Source of the DNA: Eubacteriales bacterium
GTDB taxonomy: Bacteria; Bacillota; Clostridia; Oscillospirales; CAG-382
NCBI GenBank assembly: GCA_045652305.1
Contig: JAZRUB010000168.1
Coordinates: 1 to 32,036 of the forward strand
Reading direction: 5' to 3'
Length of the DNA: 32,036 nucleotides
This document shows, piece after piece, positions 7,954 to 17,500 of this stretch. The notes under the pieces are model-generated. The model was not told where the DNA came from and did not search any database. It saw only the letters and a list, made by a program, of their open reading frames with translations. The first letter of the stretch is position 1; every line of letters begins with the position of its first letter. Position numbers and translations under genes: made by a program.

Positions 7954-9141
7954 TTAACCCTCGATTTGTTTCGAAATGTAATTCTTGACTTTATCTAATT
8001 TGCTTTTTTGCCATTCTTTTTTTGCTTCTTTTTTTGCCAATGGAACAATTAAGCTGAGGTCCATGTGAGCGCCTTCAAAATACCCATCGGGCTCGGTACT
8101 GAAAAAATATCCGTCCCAAACACTTTGGTTGGCATTCAAAAACCGTTCGGGTTCCAAAAACTTCATTTTTTTCATATCCGAAAGTATAAAAGCCTTTGCC
8201 GATAGGGGAGAAAGCAAGTTGTATTCTTCGCTGTCAATGTTGGTGAAAATATCGGGCAGTTTGCATAGGTCTATTGTTTCTGTTTTTCTGTCTATTTTAG
8301 TTCCCACAGCATCAAATTCCAAAGAATCTTGCGAAAAAGTAAGCTTCAAAACGATTCCCGTGTCGGTATATTGATGAACTCTTTGGTAATCGATATCAAA
8401 TATAAAATTACCGAGAGAGTAAAAAATCGGCTTGCCATCTTGAGTTATTTCGTAATTTTCAGGCACGTGGGTATGATGCGCAACAACCGCATCCGCACCC
8501 ATTTCGAGATATTTTAAATATCTGTCGCGCGTGTATGGATTGGGCATAGGTGCAAACTCCTCGCCTCCGTGAGCAACTATCACACACCAACGGCATTTCG
8601 ATTTTATTTCGTCAATACGCGCCTTTATATATTCCATATCGTCCCAACGGAAAACACCTGCCTGTGTTTTCGTTGCAGGAATACACTCTGCCATATAGCT
8701 CACACCGAAAATGCCGATTCCGCCTGCTTCGTTCAGATAAATCGGTTCCGACGCTTCTTTATCGTTAAGTCCTGCGCCAAAGGTTTTAGCACCGTTTTCA
8801 CTTGCTATTTCTTTGGTACTGATGATGCCCTCTTTTCCCGCATCCATCGTGTGATTGTTGCCGATGCTCCAAATATCCGCACCCATTTTGTTAAAAACAT
8901 AAACGGCATTCGGATTCATACAGTGAAAGAACACGCCTCTGTTACCGTCATCGACAGCATCGATAAGTGCGCCCTCAACGTTTATACAAACGTGGTCTCC
9001 GCTATGCAAAAAATCAAGCAACGGTTTGGAAATCAAATTTTCGTCTTCCCATTTACCTGCCATATACTTGTCAAATCCAATATCGCCCGTAAAAATAATG
9101 CTGACTTTTTCTTTGGCAACGGTGTGTTCGCTATTTAACAT
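7954..9141 (-). CDS. CapA-family (PGA_cap) metallophosphatase-like protein
   Basis: FTGDIGFD, IGNNHTMDAG, AHGGEEF and VAHHTHV motifs. The ORF-track start at 9183 is TTG. ATG 9141 has an AAAGGTGA RBS 7 nt upstream and is preferred. Confidence 0.8.
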   Translation of the reverse strand: MLNSEHTVAKEKVSIIFTGDIGFDKYMAGKWEDENLISKPLLDFLHSGDHVCINVEGALIDAVDDGNRGVFFHCMNPNAVYVFNKMGADIWSIGNNHTMDAGKEGIISTKEIASENGAKTFGAGLNDKEASEPIYLNEAGGIGIFGVSYMAECIPATKTQAGVFRWDDMEYIKARIDEIKSKCRWCVIVAHGGEEFAPMPNPYTRDRYLKYLEMGADAVVAHHTHVPENYEITQDGKPIFYSLGNFIFDIDYQRVHQYTDTGIVLKLTFSQDSLEFDAVGTKIDRKTETIDLCKLPDIFTNIDSEEYNLLSPLSAKAFILSDMKKMKFLEPERFLNANQSVWDGYFFSTEPDGYFEGAHMDLSLIVPLAKKEAKKEWQKSKLDKVKNYISKQIEG

Positions 9142-9171
9142 GACTTTATCACCTTTTGATATGATAAGATG

Positions 9172-9200
9172 ATTATATCGCAATATTCAATGCTTTTCAA
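9172..9200 (-). promoter_or_regulatory. promoter TTGAAA-17-TATAAT for the CapA-family gene
   Basis: On the minus strand, TTGAAA is at plus 9195-9200, the spacer is 17 nt, and TATAAT is at plus 9172-9177. Confidence 0.55.
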
Positions 9201-9262
9201 GATTAAAATGTTTTGCAGTTTTGGGTGAAATGGGCAAAAAATGCGTATGTGTAATTTTTTTC

Positions 9263-9291
9263 TTGCATTAAGCGACGTATTGTCTTATAAT
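9263..9291 (+). promoter_or_regulatory. promoter TTGCAT-17-TATAAT for the MATE gene
   Basis: TTGCAT at 9263-9268, 17-nt spacer, TATAAT at 9286-9291. It is divergent from the CapA promoter. Confidence 0.6.
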
Positions 9292-9321
9292 GTAAAAGAT
9301 AATCAAGAAAGGAGAAATTCG

Positions 9322-10713
9322 ATGCGTATCAAAGAAAAATATTTCGGCGATAAAAAATTTTACGCCCGTATTATTGCTATAGCTGTGCCGGTTATAGTGC
9401 AAAACGGCATCACTAATTTCGTAACCCTTCTTGACAATATTATGGTAGGACGTCTCGGAACCGAGCAAATGTCGGGCGTTTCTATCGTAAATCAATTTAT
9501 TTTTATATTCAACCTTTTGATATTCGGCGCCATTTCAGGCGCGAGCATATTTTCGGTACAATACCACGGAAAGAACGATTCAAACGGTGTCAGACACGCC
9601 TTTCGCTTTAAACTGTATATAAATGTGTTGCTGTCTACTGCGTCAATCGCGTTGTTGGCGTTGCTTGATAACGAGCTTATTTCCACCTTTCTTTTTGAAA
9701 ACGACACAACAGGCGACCTGGCATTGACACTTTCCGAGGGTAGGGAATACCTCAAAATAATGTTGATAGGACTTATGCCCTATGCGATTTCTCAAGCATA
9801 CGCCTCCACCTTGCGCGAAACCGAACATACCGTTGTTCCAATGGCATCGAGTATTATCGCCGTTGCCACGAATTTTGTTCTGAACTACATATTGATTTTC
9901 GGCAAGCTTGGTCTTCCTGCTATGGGCGTAAAGGGCGCTGCTCTTGCGACAGTAATTTCAAGATTCGCCGAACTGCTTGTTTTGGTGATATGGAGTCATC
10001 GAAATGCCAATAAATGTCCTTGTTTCAAAGGCGTTTTCAAATCGTTTTCGATTCCTATAAATCTTGTCAAAACAATGATAATAAAATCGCATCCCTTAAT
10101 TGCTAACGCGTTTTTGTGCTCACTTTCGTTAACTTTACGAAACCAATGCTATGCCACGAGAGGCATAGACGTTGTAGCCGCGCAAAACATCTGCTCAACC
10201 ATTTTCAACTTGTTTTCGGTGATTTATATGTCGTTCGGCACGGTAATTTCTATTATGGTCGGCGGACTTTTAGGTCAGGGGCGTTTCCAAGAGGCGCGCG
10301 ATACCAATCGTAAGGTGCTTGCCTGCTCGTTATGTTGCGGAATTACACTTGGCGCGATGCTAACACTTTGCTCGGGGATTTTCCCTAACGCATATAACAC
10401 AGAAGTTGAGGTTAAAGAACTTGCCTCGTATATGATGATTATATCGGGAATTTTTATGCCACTCTACGCGTTTAACAATAGCTCGTATTTCACGATACGC
10501 TCGGGTGGAAACGTATGGATTACGTTTATTATGGATAGCGGTTTTATGTGTGCCGTTATGCTTCCTGTAGTTTTCCTGTTTTCAAGATTTACCGAAATCG
10601 ATATTGCCACACTCTTTATAATCGGTCAGGGGGCAGAAAGCCTAAAAGCGTTTTTTAGTTTATATATGTTAAAAAAGAGCCAATGGGCAAAAAATCTAGT
10701 TGCGTCAAAATAA
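9322..10713 (+). CDS. MATE-family efflux transporter
   Basis: Roughly 12-TM protein. The N-terminus KKFYARIIAIAVPVIVQNGITNFVTLLDNIMVGRLG is typical of MATE proteins. ATG 9322 is preceded by AAAGGAGA. The ORF-track start at 9241 overlaps the promoter. Confidence 0.85.
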   Translation: MRIKEKYFGDKKFYARIIAIAVPVIVQNGITNFVTLLDNIMVGRLGTEQMSGVSIVNQFIFIFNLLIFGAISGASIFSVQYHGKNDSNGVRHAFRFKLYINVLLSTASIALLALLDNELISTFLFENDTTGDLALTLSEGREYLKIMLIGLMPYAISQAYASTLRETEHTVVPMASSIIAVATNFVLNYILIFGKLGLPAMGVKGAALATVISRFAELLVLVIWSHRNANKCPCFKGVFKSFSIPINLVKTMIIKSHPLIANAFLCSLSLTLRNQCYATRGIDVVAAQNICSTIFNLFSVIYMSFGTVISIMVGGLLGQGRFQEARDTNRKVLACSLCCGITLGAMLTLCSGIFPNAYNTEVEVKELASYMMIISGIFMPLYAFNNSSYFTIRSGGNVWITFIMDSGFMCAVMLPVVFLFSRFTEIDIATLFIIGQGAESLKAFFSLYMLKKSQWAKNLVASK

Positions 10714-10716
10714 GAA

Positions 10717-10745
10717 ATGACCGTCACGCAAGACGGTCATTTTAT
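10717..10745 (+). terminator. rho-independent terminator of the MATE gene
   Basis: ATGACCGTC (10717-10725), loop ACGCAA, GACGGTCAT (10732-10740), then TTTAT. The T-tract is short. Confidence 0.6.
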
Positions 10746-10799
10746 ATCGGTTATTATCACTTGAACAGAAATAGACAATAATAAAAAATCAATCCATAA

Positions 10800-10838
10800 C
10801 AAAAAGAAAACAACCGCAATCCTAAAATCGCGGTTGTT
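10800..10838 (-). terminator. strong rho-independent terminator directly after the orphan tRNA 3'-end copy
   Basis: The minus strand reads ACAACCGCGAT-TTTAGG-ATTGCGGTTGT, an 11-bp stem with one G.U, followed by TTTCTTTTTGT. It begins 2 nt after the ...GCGCCA copy. Confidence 0.7.
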
Positions 10839-10840
10839 CT

Positions 10841-10860
10841 TGGCGCAGAGGGAGGGATTC
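10841..10860 (-). repeat. orphan perfect copy of the last 20 nt of tRNA-Ser (T-loop to CCA)
   Basis: Plus-strand tggcgcagagggagggattc at 10841-10860 is identical to 11063-11082, or 21 nt if the preceding t is counted. The upstream sequence does not fold into a cloverleaf. Confidence 0.85.
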
Positions 10861-11021
10861 TCCGTTCGCTATCACGGCTTACCGCATTACTCCGTAATTT
10901 TCACGCCGTTTCGCTCACTCCCCTGTGGCGGTAAAAATGTGTCCCCGACACATTTTTACTCGCCCTTCGAATCCCCTTGATATACCCCGAAAATTCATTC
11001 CTCATTTTCGGGGACCCCACA

Positions 11022-11056
11022 TACCAAAAGAAAAAGGACACATATTGTGTCCTTTT
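11022..11056 (-). terminator. rho-independent terminator of tRNA-Ser
   Basis: The minus strand reads AAAAGGACACA-ATA-TGTGTCCTTTTTCTTTTGG and starts 6 nt after the CCA end. Confidence 0.75.
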
Positions 11057-11062
11057 ATCTTT

Positions 11063-11151
11063 TGGCGCAGAGGGAGGGATTCGAACCCTCGTGAGATTGC
11101 TCTCAAACTGATTTCGAGTCAGCCCCGTTATGACCGCTTCGATACCTCTGC
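11063..11151 (-). tRNA. tRNA-Ser (anticodon CGA), type II with long variable arm, CCA encoded
   Basis: Manual cloverleaf, 89 nt: acceptor GCAGAGG/CCTCTGC, D stem TCG/CGG, anticodon stem GCTGA/TCAGT with loop CTCGAAA (U33, CGA). The variable arm is TGAGA-GCAA-TCTCA, the T arm is GAGGG-TTCGAAT-CCCTC, and the discriminator is G followed by CCA. Confidence 0.88.
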
Positions 11152-11328
11152 GTATATATTTAATTTACGTGTTATTCATTGTTGTTAGCATGAGTATCGG
11201 GGAACCCCGTTATGTCCGGTTTGCGGTGCCCGAAGAAATCTTCGCATCCGTAGGATGCTCGCTTTTCTTCGACCGCTGCACGAACTCGTCCTCGCTGTAT
11301 CTGTCCCCGACAGCGCTCGGATTCGTTC

Positions 11329-11352
11329 CCGCTTCGATACCTCTACGTATAT
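11329..11352 (-). repeat. near-perfect copy (23/24) of the tRNA-Ser 5' flank plus its first 18 nt
   Basis: Minus-strand ATATAC|GTAGAGGTATCGAAGCGG (11352..11329) compares with ATATAC|GCAGAGGTATCGAAGCGG (11157..11134). A second 10-nt block, CATAACGGGG (11214..11205), equals 11132..11123. Confidence 0.8.
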
Positions 11353-11398
11353 TAAGTGTATTGTGCGAATTAAAGGTGTTTTTTACACCGCGAGGTAT

Positions 11399-11427
11399 AT
11401 TGTATCATGGCAAAACGATTTTTGCAA
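11399..11427 (-). promoter_or_regulatory. strong promoter TTGCAA-17-TGaTACAAT reading into the tRNA-Ser locus
   Basis: On the minus strand, TTGCAA is at plus 11422-11427, the spacer is 17 nt, and the extended -10 TGaTACAAT has its hexamer at plus 11399-11404. Confidence 0.6.
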
Positions 11428-11473
11428 CAGTTTTTTGAAAAATGTTTTGTCTTTTGTTTTTTTGTTTCTATAA

Positions 11474-11512
11474 ATAAGTCATGCATCCTTACTATTCGGG
11501 TGCATGACTTAT
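11474..11512 (-). terminator. terminator-like hairpin 14 nt downstream of the glucan-synthase stop
   Basis: A perfect 12-bp stem, ATAAGTCATGCA (11474-11485) with TGCATGACTTAT (11501-11512), encloses a 15-nt loop. The T-tract is poor on both strands. Confidence 0.4.
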
Positions 11513-11526
11513 TATTTATAGGGTGT

Positions 11527-14500
11527 TTAGTTGTTTATAGGAAGTTCAAGTTTGTGACTTCCGTCGGGTAGACTCAACGGCATGGATATTTCCGCACCGT
11601 CAAGTGTCGGTTTGGTAACGTCATACGAGGCTTTTATATGCAAGTCGGCATTTCCCCAACTAACGTCTGCATCGTATTCTATTTTCGGTGTTGCCGAGAG
11701 TAAGGTTTGGTTCGCACCGAATTTCAATCCCAACACATATTCAAGCATTATGCGGTAATACCACGAGGCTGCACCCGTATACCAACTCCAACCGCCCCTG
11801 CCTGCATACTGCTCGGAATAGATATCGGCGGCAACTGCGTAGGGTTCGGTCTTGTATACGCGAGAAAGCTCTTTATCGGCACATCTTGCGGCAGGGTTTG
11901 CGCAATTTAGTATTAGCAATCCCTCTTCGGTCATGTCCGAAATAAGACAGCCAAGAGCACCCCAAAGGGCACCGTGCGTATATTGACCGCCGTTTTCGCG
12001 GATGCCTGCAACGTAACCGCGTATATATCCAACTCTCGTGTCACCGTTGGTAAATGGCGGTGAAAACAGTTTGAATATCTTGTTTTTGCGGTCATAAAGC
12101 GTAGCAAAAGCCGTGCTTAAAGCAGTCTTGACGCGTTCGGGATTGAGTTTCGCAATGGCGGCGAACGCTTGGGAGAGAATGTCTATTTCACATTCATCGC
12201 AACCTTTAATGCCCAATATCTTTCCGTCGTCGCAAATCGCTCGTGCATATCGGTCACCGAAAAACGCTTTTTCTTCGATATTATTTCTTAAGGTTTTAAC
12301 CGTTTCGATATAATGTTGTGCGGTGTCGAATTCGCCACGCGATTGGCATATCGGTATAAACTTTTCAGCGGCAATTATGAATAAAAGCGAGGAGAAAACA
12401 CTTTCGCCTATTCCTTTTTCGCCCACTAACGAAAATCCGTCGTTCCAGTCGCAACTGCCCATCAAAATTAAACCGTTTTTCCCAAACCGCTCGGCATAAG
12501 CAAGTGCGCGTAAACAATGTCGGTAGACACTTTCTTTTATGTCGCTTAGTTCGGGTTGTTCATAGCGTTCGTTGAGATTAGAAAGGGGCGGGGAAGAAAG
12601 ATAATGAATTTCCACGTCAAGAATTTCTTTATCCCCCGTCTTTTCGAGATAATCACACACTACAATGGGAAGATAAAGCATATCGTCGGAACACTTGCTT
12701 TTTATCCCTCGGTTCACTCTGCCGTAATGCCGTGTGTGCCACCAATGCATTACGCATCCTTCAAGATACTGGTGAGCGCAACATCTGAAAATATGCCTTC
12801 TTACCGTTTCGGGCGATGAATAAATTATTGACAGCGAGTCCTGAAGTTGGTCGCGGAAACCGTATGCGCCGCCGCTTTGGTAGAATGAACCTCGCGCATA
12901 AAACCTACATGCAGATATTTGGTAGGGAAGAAAGAAGTTCATCATTCTGTTGTGGACGTCGCTTTTTGTCGAAACTTGTATACGTGGTATCATCGAATCG
13001 GCAAAATTGTACGCTTCTTTATATGCGGTATCGAAAAAACGCTTATTTATCCGTTGTGCCACGCTTTTTGCACCCGATTCGGTAGTGCAAGCACCGATAA
13101 AGAATAAAACATCGCTTTCATTGCTGTAAGTTGCCATTTCGCTTTTATCGGTATGCCCGTCGCAAACACCTAAGAATCCGTACCCTTCGGGAAAAGTCAT
13201 GCCGAAAACATTTTTGAACAAAAGGCATTGATTGGTCGATGCTGTGAATGCTTTGGTTTCTATGCCGTTCACTTTATGAACGCTGTCGCCCATCACTGCG
13301 TTGATTTCAAAACGGGTTTCGGGTAAATTTCCTTTTTTGTACTGAACACGAATGAGTTTAACGGGGAATTTAGGAGGAACTACAACCGTAACGGTATAGG
13401 AAATACCTTCTGCTTCGCCGAAATAAACCGCTCTGCCTTTTTCGTAAATTACCTTGTTGGATATCGCACAGAGGTCGTATTTTTTGTTATTTATAATCGC
13501 AAAAAGACGTTCTCCGTCGTCTAATGAACGAGCATCACCGTAAAAAGAACAAAGTCTGCGTTCACGCGCGTTGTCGTAAAAAGTATAGCCAAGGCTTGAC
13601 TGCGTGATGACCGTTGAAAAGCGTTTGCCGGTAAGAATAAAAGAGTAAGGCGCTTTGGGCAACGTGCTTTTGTCAACAACAAATCCGTCTTGTATAAAAT
13701 AACCGTTCGCTGATTTCATAGCGTCGCCCAGAACGGGTAACTGCGATGCATTTTGAGGTGAAACGATTATTTCGCCGAATCGGCTTTTTTTGTTTTCGCT
13801 AATTCTGGGTGTATCGTTTGCAAAATCGATATAAAAATGCGATTTGTTTTTTAGTGCTGATAGAAAATCATCCGATACGTCACCTTTTCGTATCAGAAAG
13901 ACACCGCCGTTTTTGCCGATATACTGATTGATTCCGACGTTTGAACAACGCTCACGAATCGACGTTTCTATAGGTCGATTATAGTTGTCGTTGTCCGCGA
14001 TTAAAAAAATCAATTCACATCGGATGCATGCACGTGCAAGAGAAAGAAAGGTTTTTAAAATTGCATCGGTACGCGTTACTGCAATTTCGGAAATAGAAAC
14101 TACTGCCAACGGATAATCACCCGAAATACCTCTGCTCCAAAGGTCTCCGATTCCGCAACGGCTGAATTCGTTGACCAATTTTGCATCTGAACCGTAGAGC
14201 AGAGAAGTAAGCATTCTTTCGAATATTTCCTCATGCTCGGGAATCGGATAATCGCCTTTGCCGGTTCGGGAGAGACGTATATTGCGTTCGCATTCTTGTT
14301 TTGTCACAGCGCAGGTGAGCAAAAATTCGGCTTTTCCGCCGTCGGCATTCGATGCCCTGACTAAGCATAACGGGTCAATACACGCGCCTGCTTTATTGTC
14401 GGTTGTTTCGAACGCGTAATCGAGAGGGCTTGATATCGATGATGCCACAAGGTTTTCCCGACTTGTCAAAAACGAAAAATTCATATCGCGGTTACGCGGT

Positions 14501-17500
14501 GCAACAGCAAAGGTAAAAACGTGTCTGCCGTCAAGACTGCTTCTTCGGTGAAAATACAATATGCGCTTTTGTTTGTCGTATTCACTTTCGATAAACAGAC
14601 GTGAAAACGAAATGTGCGAAAGATACTTTTTTCGGGTTTCAAGTACGGGTTCAAATGCAAAAGTGACATTATATTGCTTTAACGCCTCAGCACGTGTGCG
14701 TATACATAAACAGTTGCAGTTTTTTGCTATGCTGTAACGTACACTGCCCGAAAACTCTTTGCCCGAAACGATATGCGAAACAGAATCGTTTTTTCGCTCA
14801 AACCCATAACCCTCACCGCCGTAAAGCGGTACACAGCCGTAGGATTTATCCCCGCGTGAGAATACAACGCCTGCAGTAAAGCGCAGAGAGTATTTATCAA
14901 ATTCGGTATGAGTCAGCATTTTGTCACCGCAGTTTACTGCGATATGACCACTGCTTGTAATTATAGCAGAAAGGTCACCGCGTGTGAGAAGAACTGCGTT
15001 CGGGTTTTCGATATCTGCGGTTTCGGTATGACCGCTTCTTTTGATTATAGCACGTTTATTTTCCTCGAAATTGCCGAAATTATCTCCGAAAACGTGTGCA
15101 TCAATCGGTATCTTTTCCTGTAAAAGCTCGTTCGCGGCAGACATTCGCTTGTCCGACATGAAACGCTTGACGAAAATATTGTCGGAAATCGCATTTATCG
15201 AAGCAATTATGCTCATACCGACGTGATGTGCCATATAGCTTTTTACGCATATTCCATCGGAATCGCTGTTCATGTCCAGCGCCTCGTATAAACCGTACTT
15301 GCCGTACATACCGCGTTTTTCAAGGGCTGACAGATTTTTCATTGCGGTATTGCCGTAGATACATAAAGAGAGATAGGCGGAGTAGGGGGAGATGATTTTT
15401 TCGTTGGATGCAATACGGCGCAAAGCGATAGATTGAATGCCGTTTGCCTTGTATTGATAGTGCATTTCGCTGTCGAATGAGTAAAAACCGCTTTCGCTTA
15501 CACCCCATATATCAAAAGCGGAACGCTGTACCATAAGCGCGAATGCGATACTTTCGTACATGAACGAATCGCGGTACAGGGGCAAAAACAGTTGAGGCAT
15601 AAGATATTCAAACGCCGTACCCGACCAGCTCATCATACCGATATAACCGCCCTTGTGGGTAAGTGTTCTGCCGAGTGAGCCCCAATGCTTTTTCGGCACT
15701 ATCGAGGATGCGACGGAGTAATATGCCGTCATTCGAGCTTCGCTCATGAGCATATCGTAGCAACCCGAATCGACCATACCGTTGTCACCTCTTAGCCCTA
15801 TACGGAATAGGTCACGTCGATTGTCGTAGAAAATTTTCAAATCGGTTTGTTCAATAAGCGTTTCGATACGCGTGATTATGCTTTCTAAACGGTTTTCTTC
15901 GCCGATATAATCATACAATCCCTCTTTGAGCGCAACAAGCATAACCACAAAGTTACCGCTGTCTACCGAGGAAACGTATTTATCGCCTATTACGGCAAGA
16001 TTTGAAATGTCGTACCAGTTGTATAGGTTTCCGTTATATTTATCGAGTTTTTCAATTGTTTCAAGACAGCTATCGAGCTTTTCGAAAAGCTCGTTTGAAC
16101 TTATTAGGTTGATATCCCTTGCGGCGAGGAGCGAAACAAGATAAAACCCGATGTTCGTTGGCGAGGTGCGCATGGCAACGCTCGTAATCGGCGATAACTG
16201 AAGGTTGTCGGGCGGAAGATGATTTGTGATTTCTCCCACGTTTTCGCGGTAGAAATCAAACATATCAGAAATATGCGCTTTCAAGGTTTTCTTTTGTTTT
16301 TCAGAAAGAGAGGGACGTGCTTCCTCGCCACCGCCAACGTCACGCGATAGGATAAGCGAAATTAGCGGATAAACGAAATACAAAAGTCCTGCAAAACGCA
16401 TAAAAGGTGTACGCGCAAGCATGAGCATTGCAAAGCCGATAATTGCCGAAACTGCACCGTCTAAAACGTATTTGCCCAACGTACCTGAAAGTTTTTCGGT
16501 TTGTGCAGCAGTAGTCCATTGAAGCGTTTTCTTTTTGCTGAATAAACGGTAGACTGCAAGAAACAATGCGTGTGACGTAAGAACGGCACGACGGCAACTA
16601 GATGAAATCTCGAAAAACACGCGCATGAACGTTTGGGTAAGCATCGAGTATGCTTTTGAGAAAAATCGCAAACAAGCAAAAGGCGAACCCGAAAATAAAA
16701 ATCTAACCACCGTAAGCACGCAGGGTAGTAAAAATTCCGAGTATGCCAACAAAAATAACGCAAGACCGCTTGTATTGCTTAAAAAACAACCGATTATTAT
16801 TGCAAATACCGAAAAAACAGGGGACAAATGCCTTAAAGCAGTCATCAATAATCTGGCTTTGGAAAAACGGTTAATAAGACTTCCGAACAGAAAATAAAGG
16901 TTTTGGAAATCGCCTCTTAACCAACGGTGGTGACGTCTGAAAAACGAAACGGTATTTCCGGGCGTAGAGTCGGTAAGAGTTATATCGGATGCAGCTAACG
17001 TACGAAGTATACTCCCCTCAATAACGTCGTGGCTCAATATAAGTCCTTCGGGCAGTTTGTCCGAAATAAGCGAGTCGAAAAGAGCTACGTTGATTAGCCC
17101 TTTTCCGCAAAACGAACCCGACCCGAAAAGCGTTTGAGAACGCACAAATGCCGCGTTTGCATAAACGTCTGCACCGCCTGCACCAGAAATAAGACGTGAA
17201 AATCCTGTTTTGTAGGCACTTTTAAGCTCTGTTCGAACCGTCGGTTGAATAATACCGTAACCCGAAATGACACGGCCGTCTTTTACAACGGGGATATTGG
17301 CAGGGTGAAGTGCCACCGAGAGTAGTTCGTTTACACTTCCTACCGATAGATTGGTGTCGCTGTCAAGCGTGAGTATATATTTTATATCGCGAATAAAATC
17401 TCCGCCGTAATATTCGTTTTTGTTGCCGTGAACTATATGCGAAACCAGTTCACATACCGCACCGCGTTTGCGTTCCCATCCACCGTATTTGTTTTCGCTT

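Noticed and set aside
8129-9138. Several plus-strand ORFs (62-189 aa) opposite the CapA-family gene
   Set aside because: They are antisense to a CDS with four metallophosphatase motifs. Their products are Arg/Phe/Cys-rich nonsense-like sequence and they lack an RBS.
10841-11346. Possibility that the flanking tRNA-like pieces are additional functional tRNAs, a split tRNA, or a tmRNA whose ends (GTAGAGG ... CCTCTGCGCCA) pair across 500 nt
   Set aside because: Neither flank folds into a cloverleaf. The upstream piece lacks an anticodon arm, T arm and 3' acceptor, and the downstream piece has only the last 20 nt. A complete tRNA plus a terminator sits between the two ends. There is no tmRNA-type G3:U70 alanine identity or tag reading frame. 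These are reported as repeats and findings instead.
10925-11473. Three overlapping plus-strand ORFs (87, 102 and 72 aa) in the tRNA-Ser locus
   Set aside because: They run antisense through a canonical tRNA, its terminators and its promoter. They have no RBS and their proline/arginine-rich products are typical of translated structured-RNA DNA.
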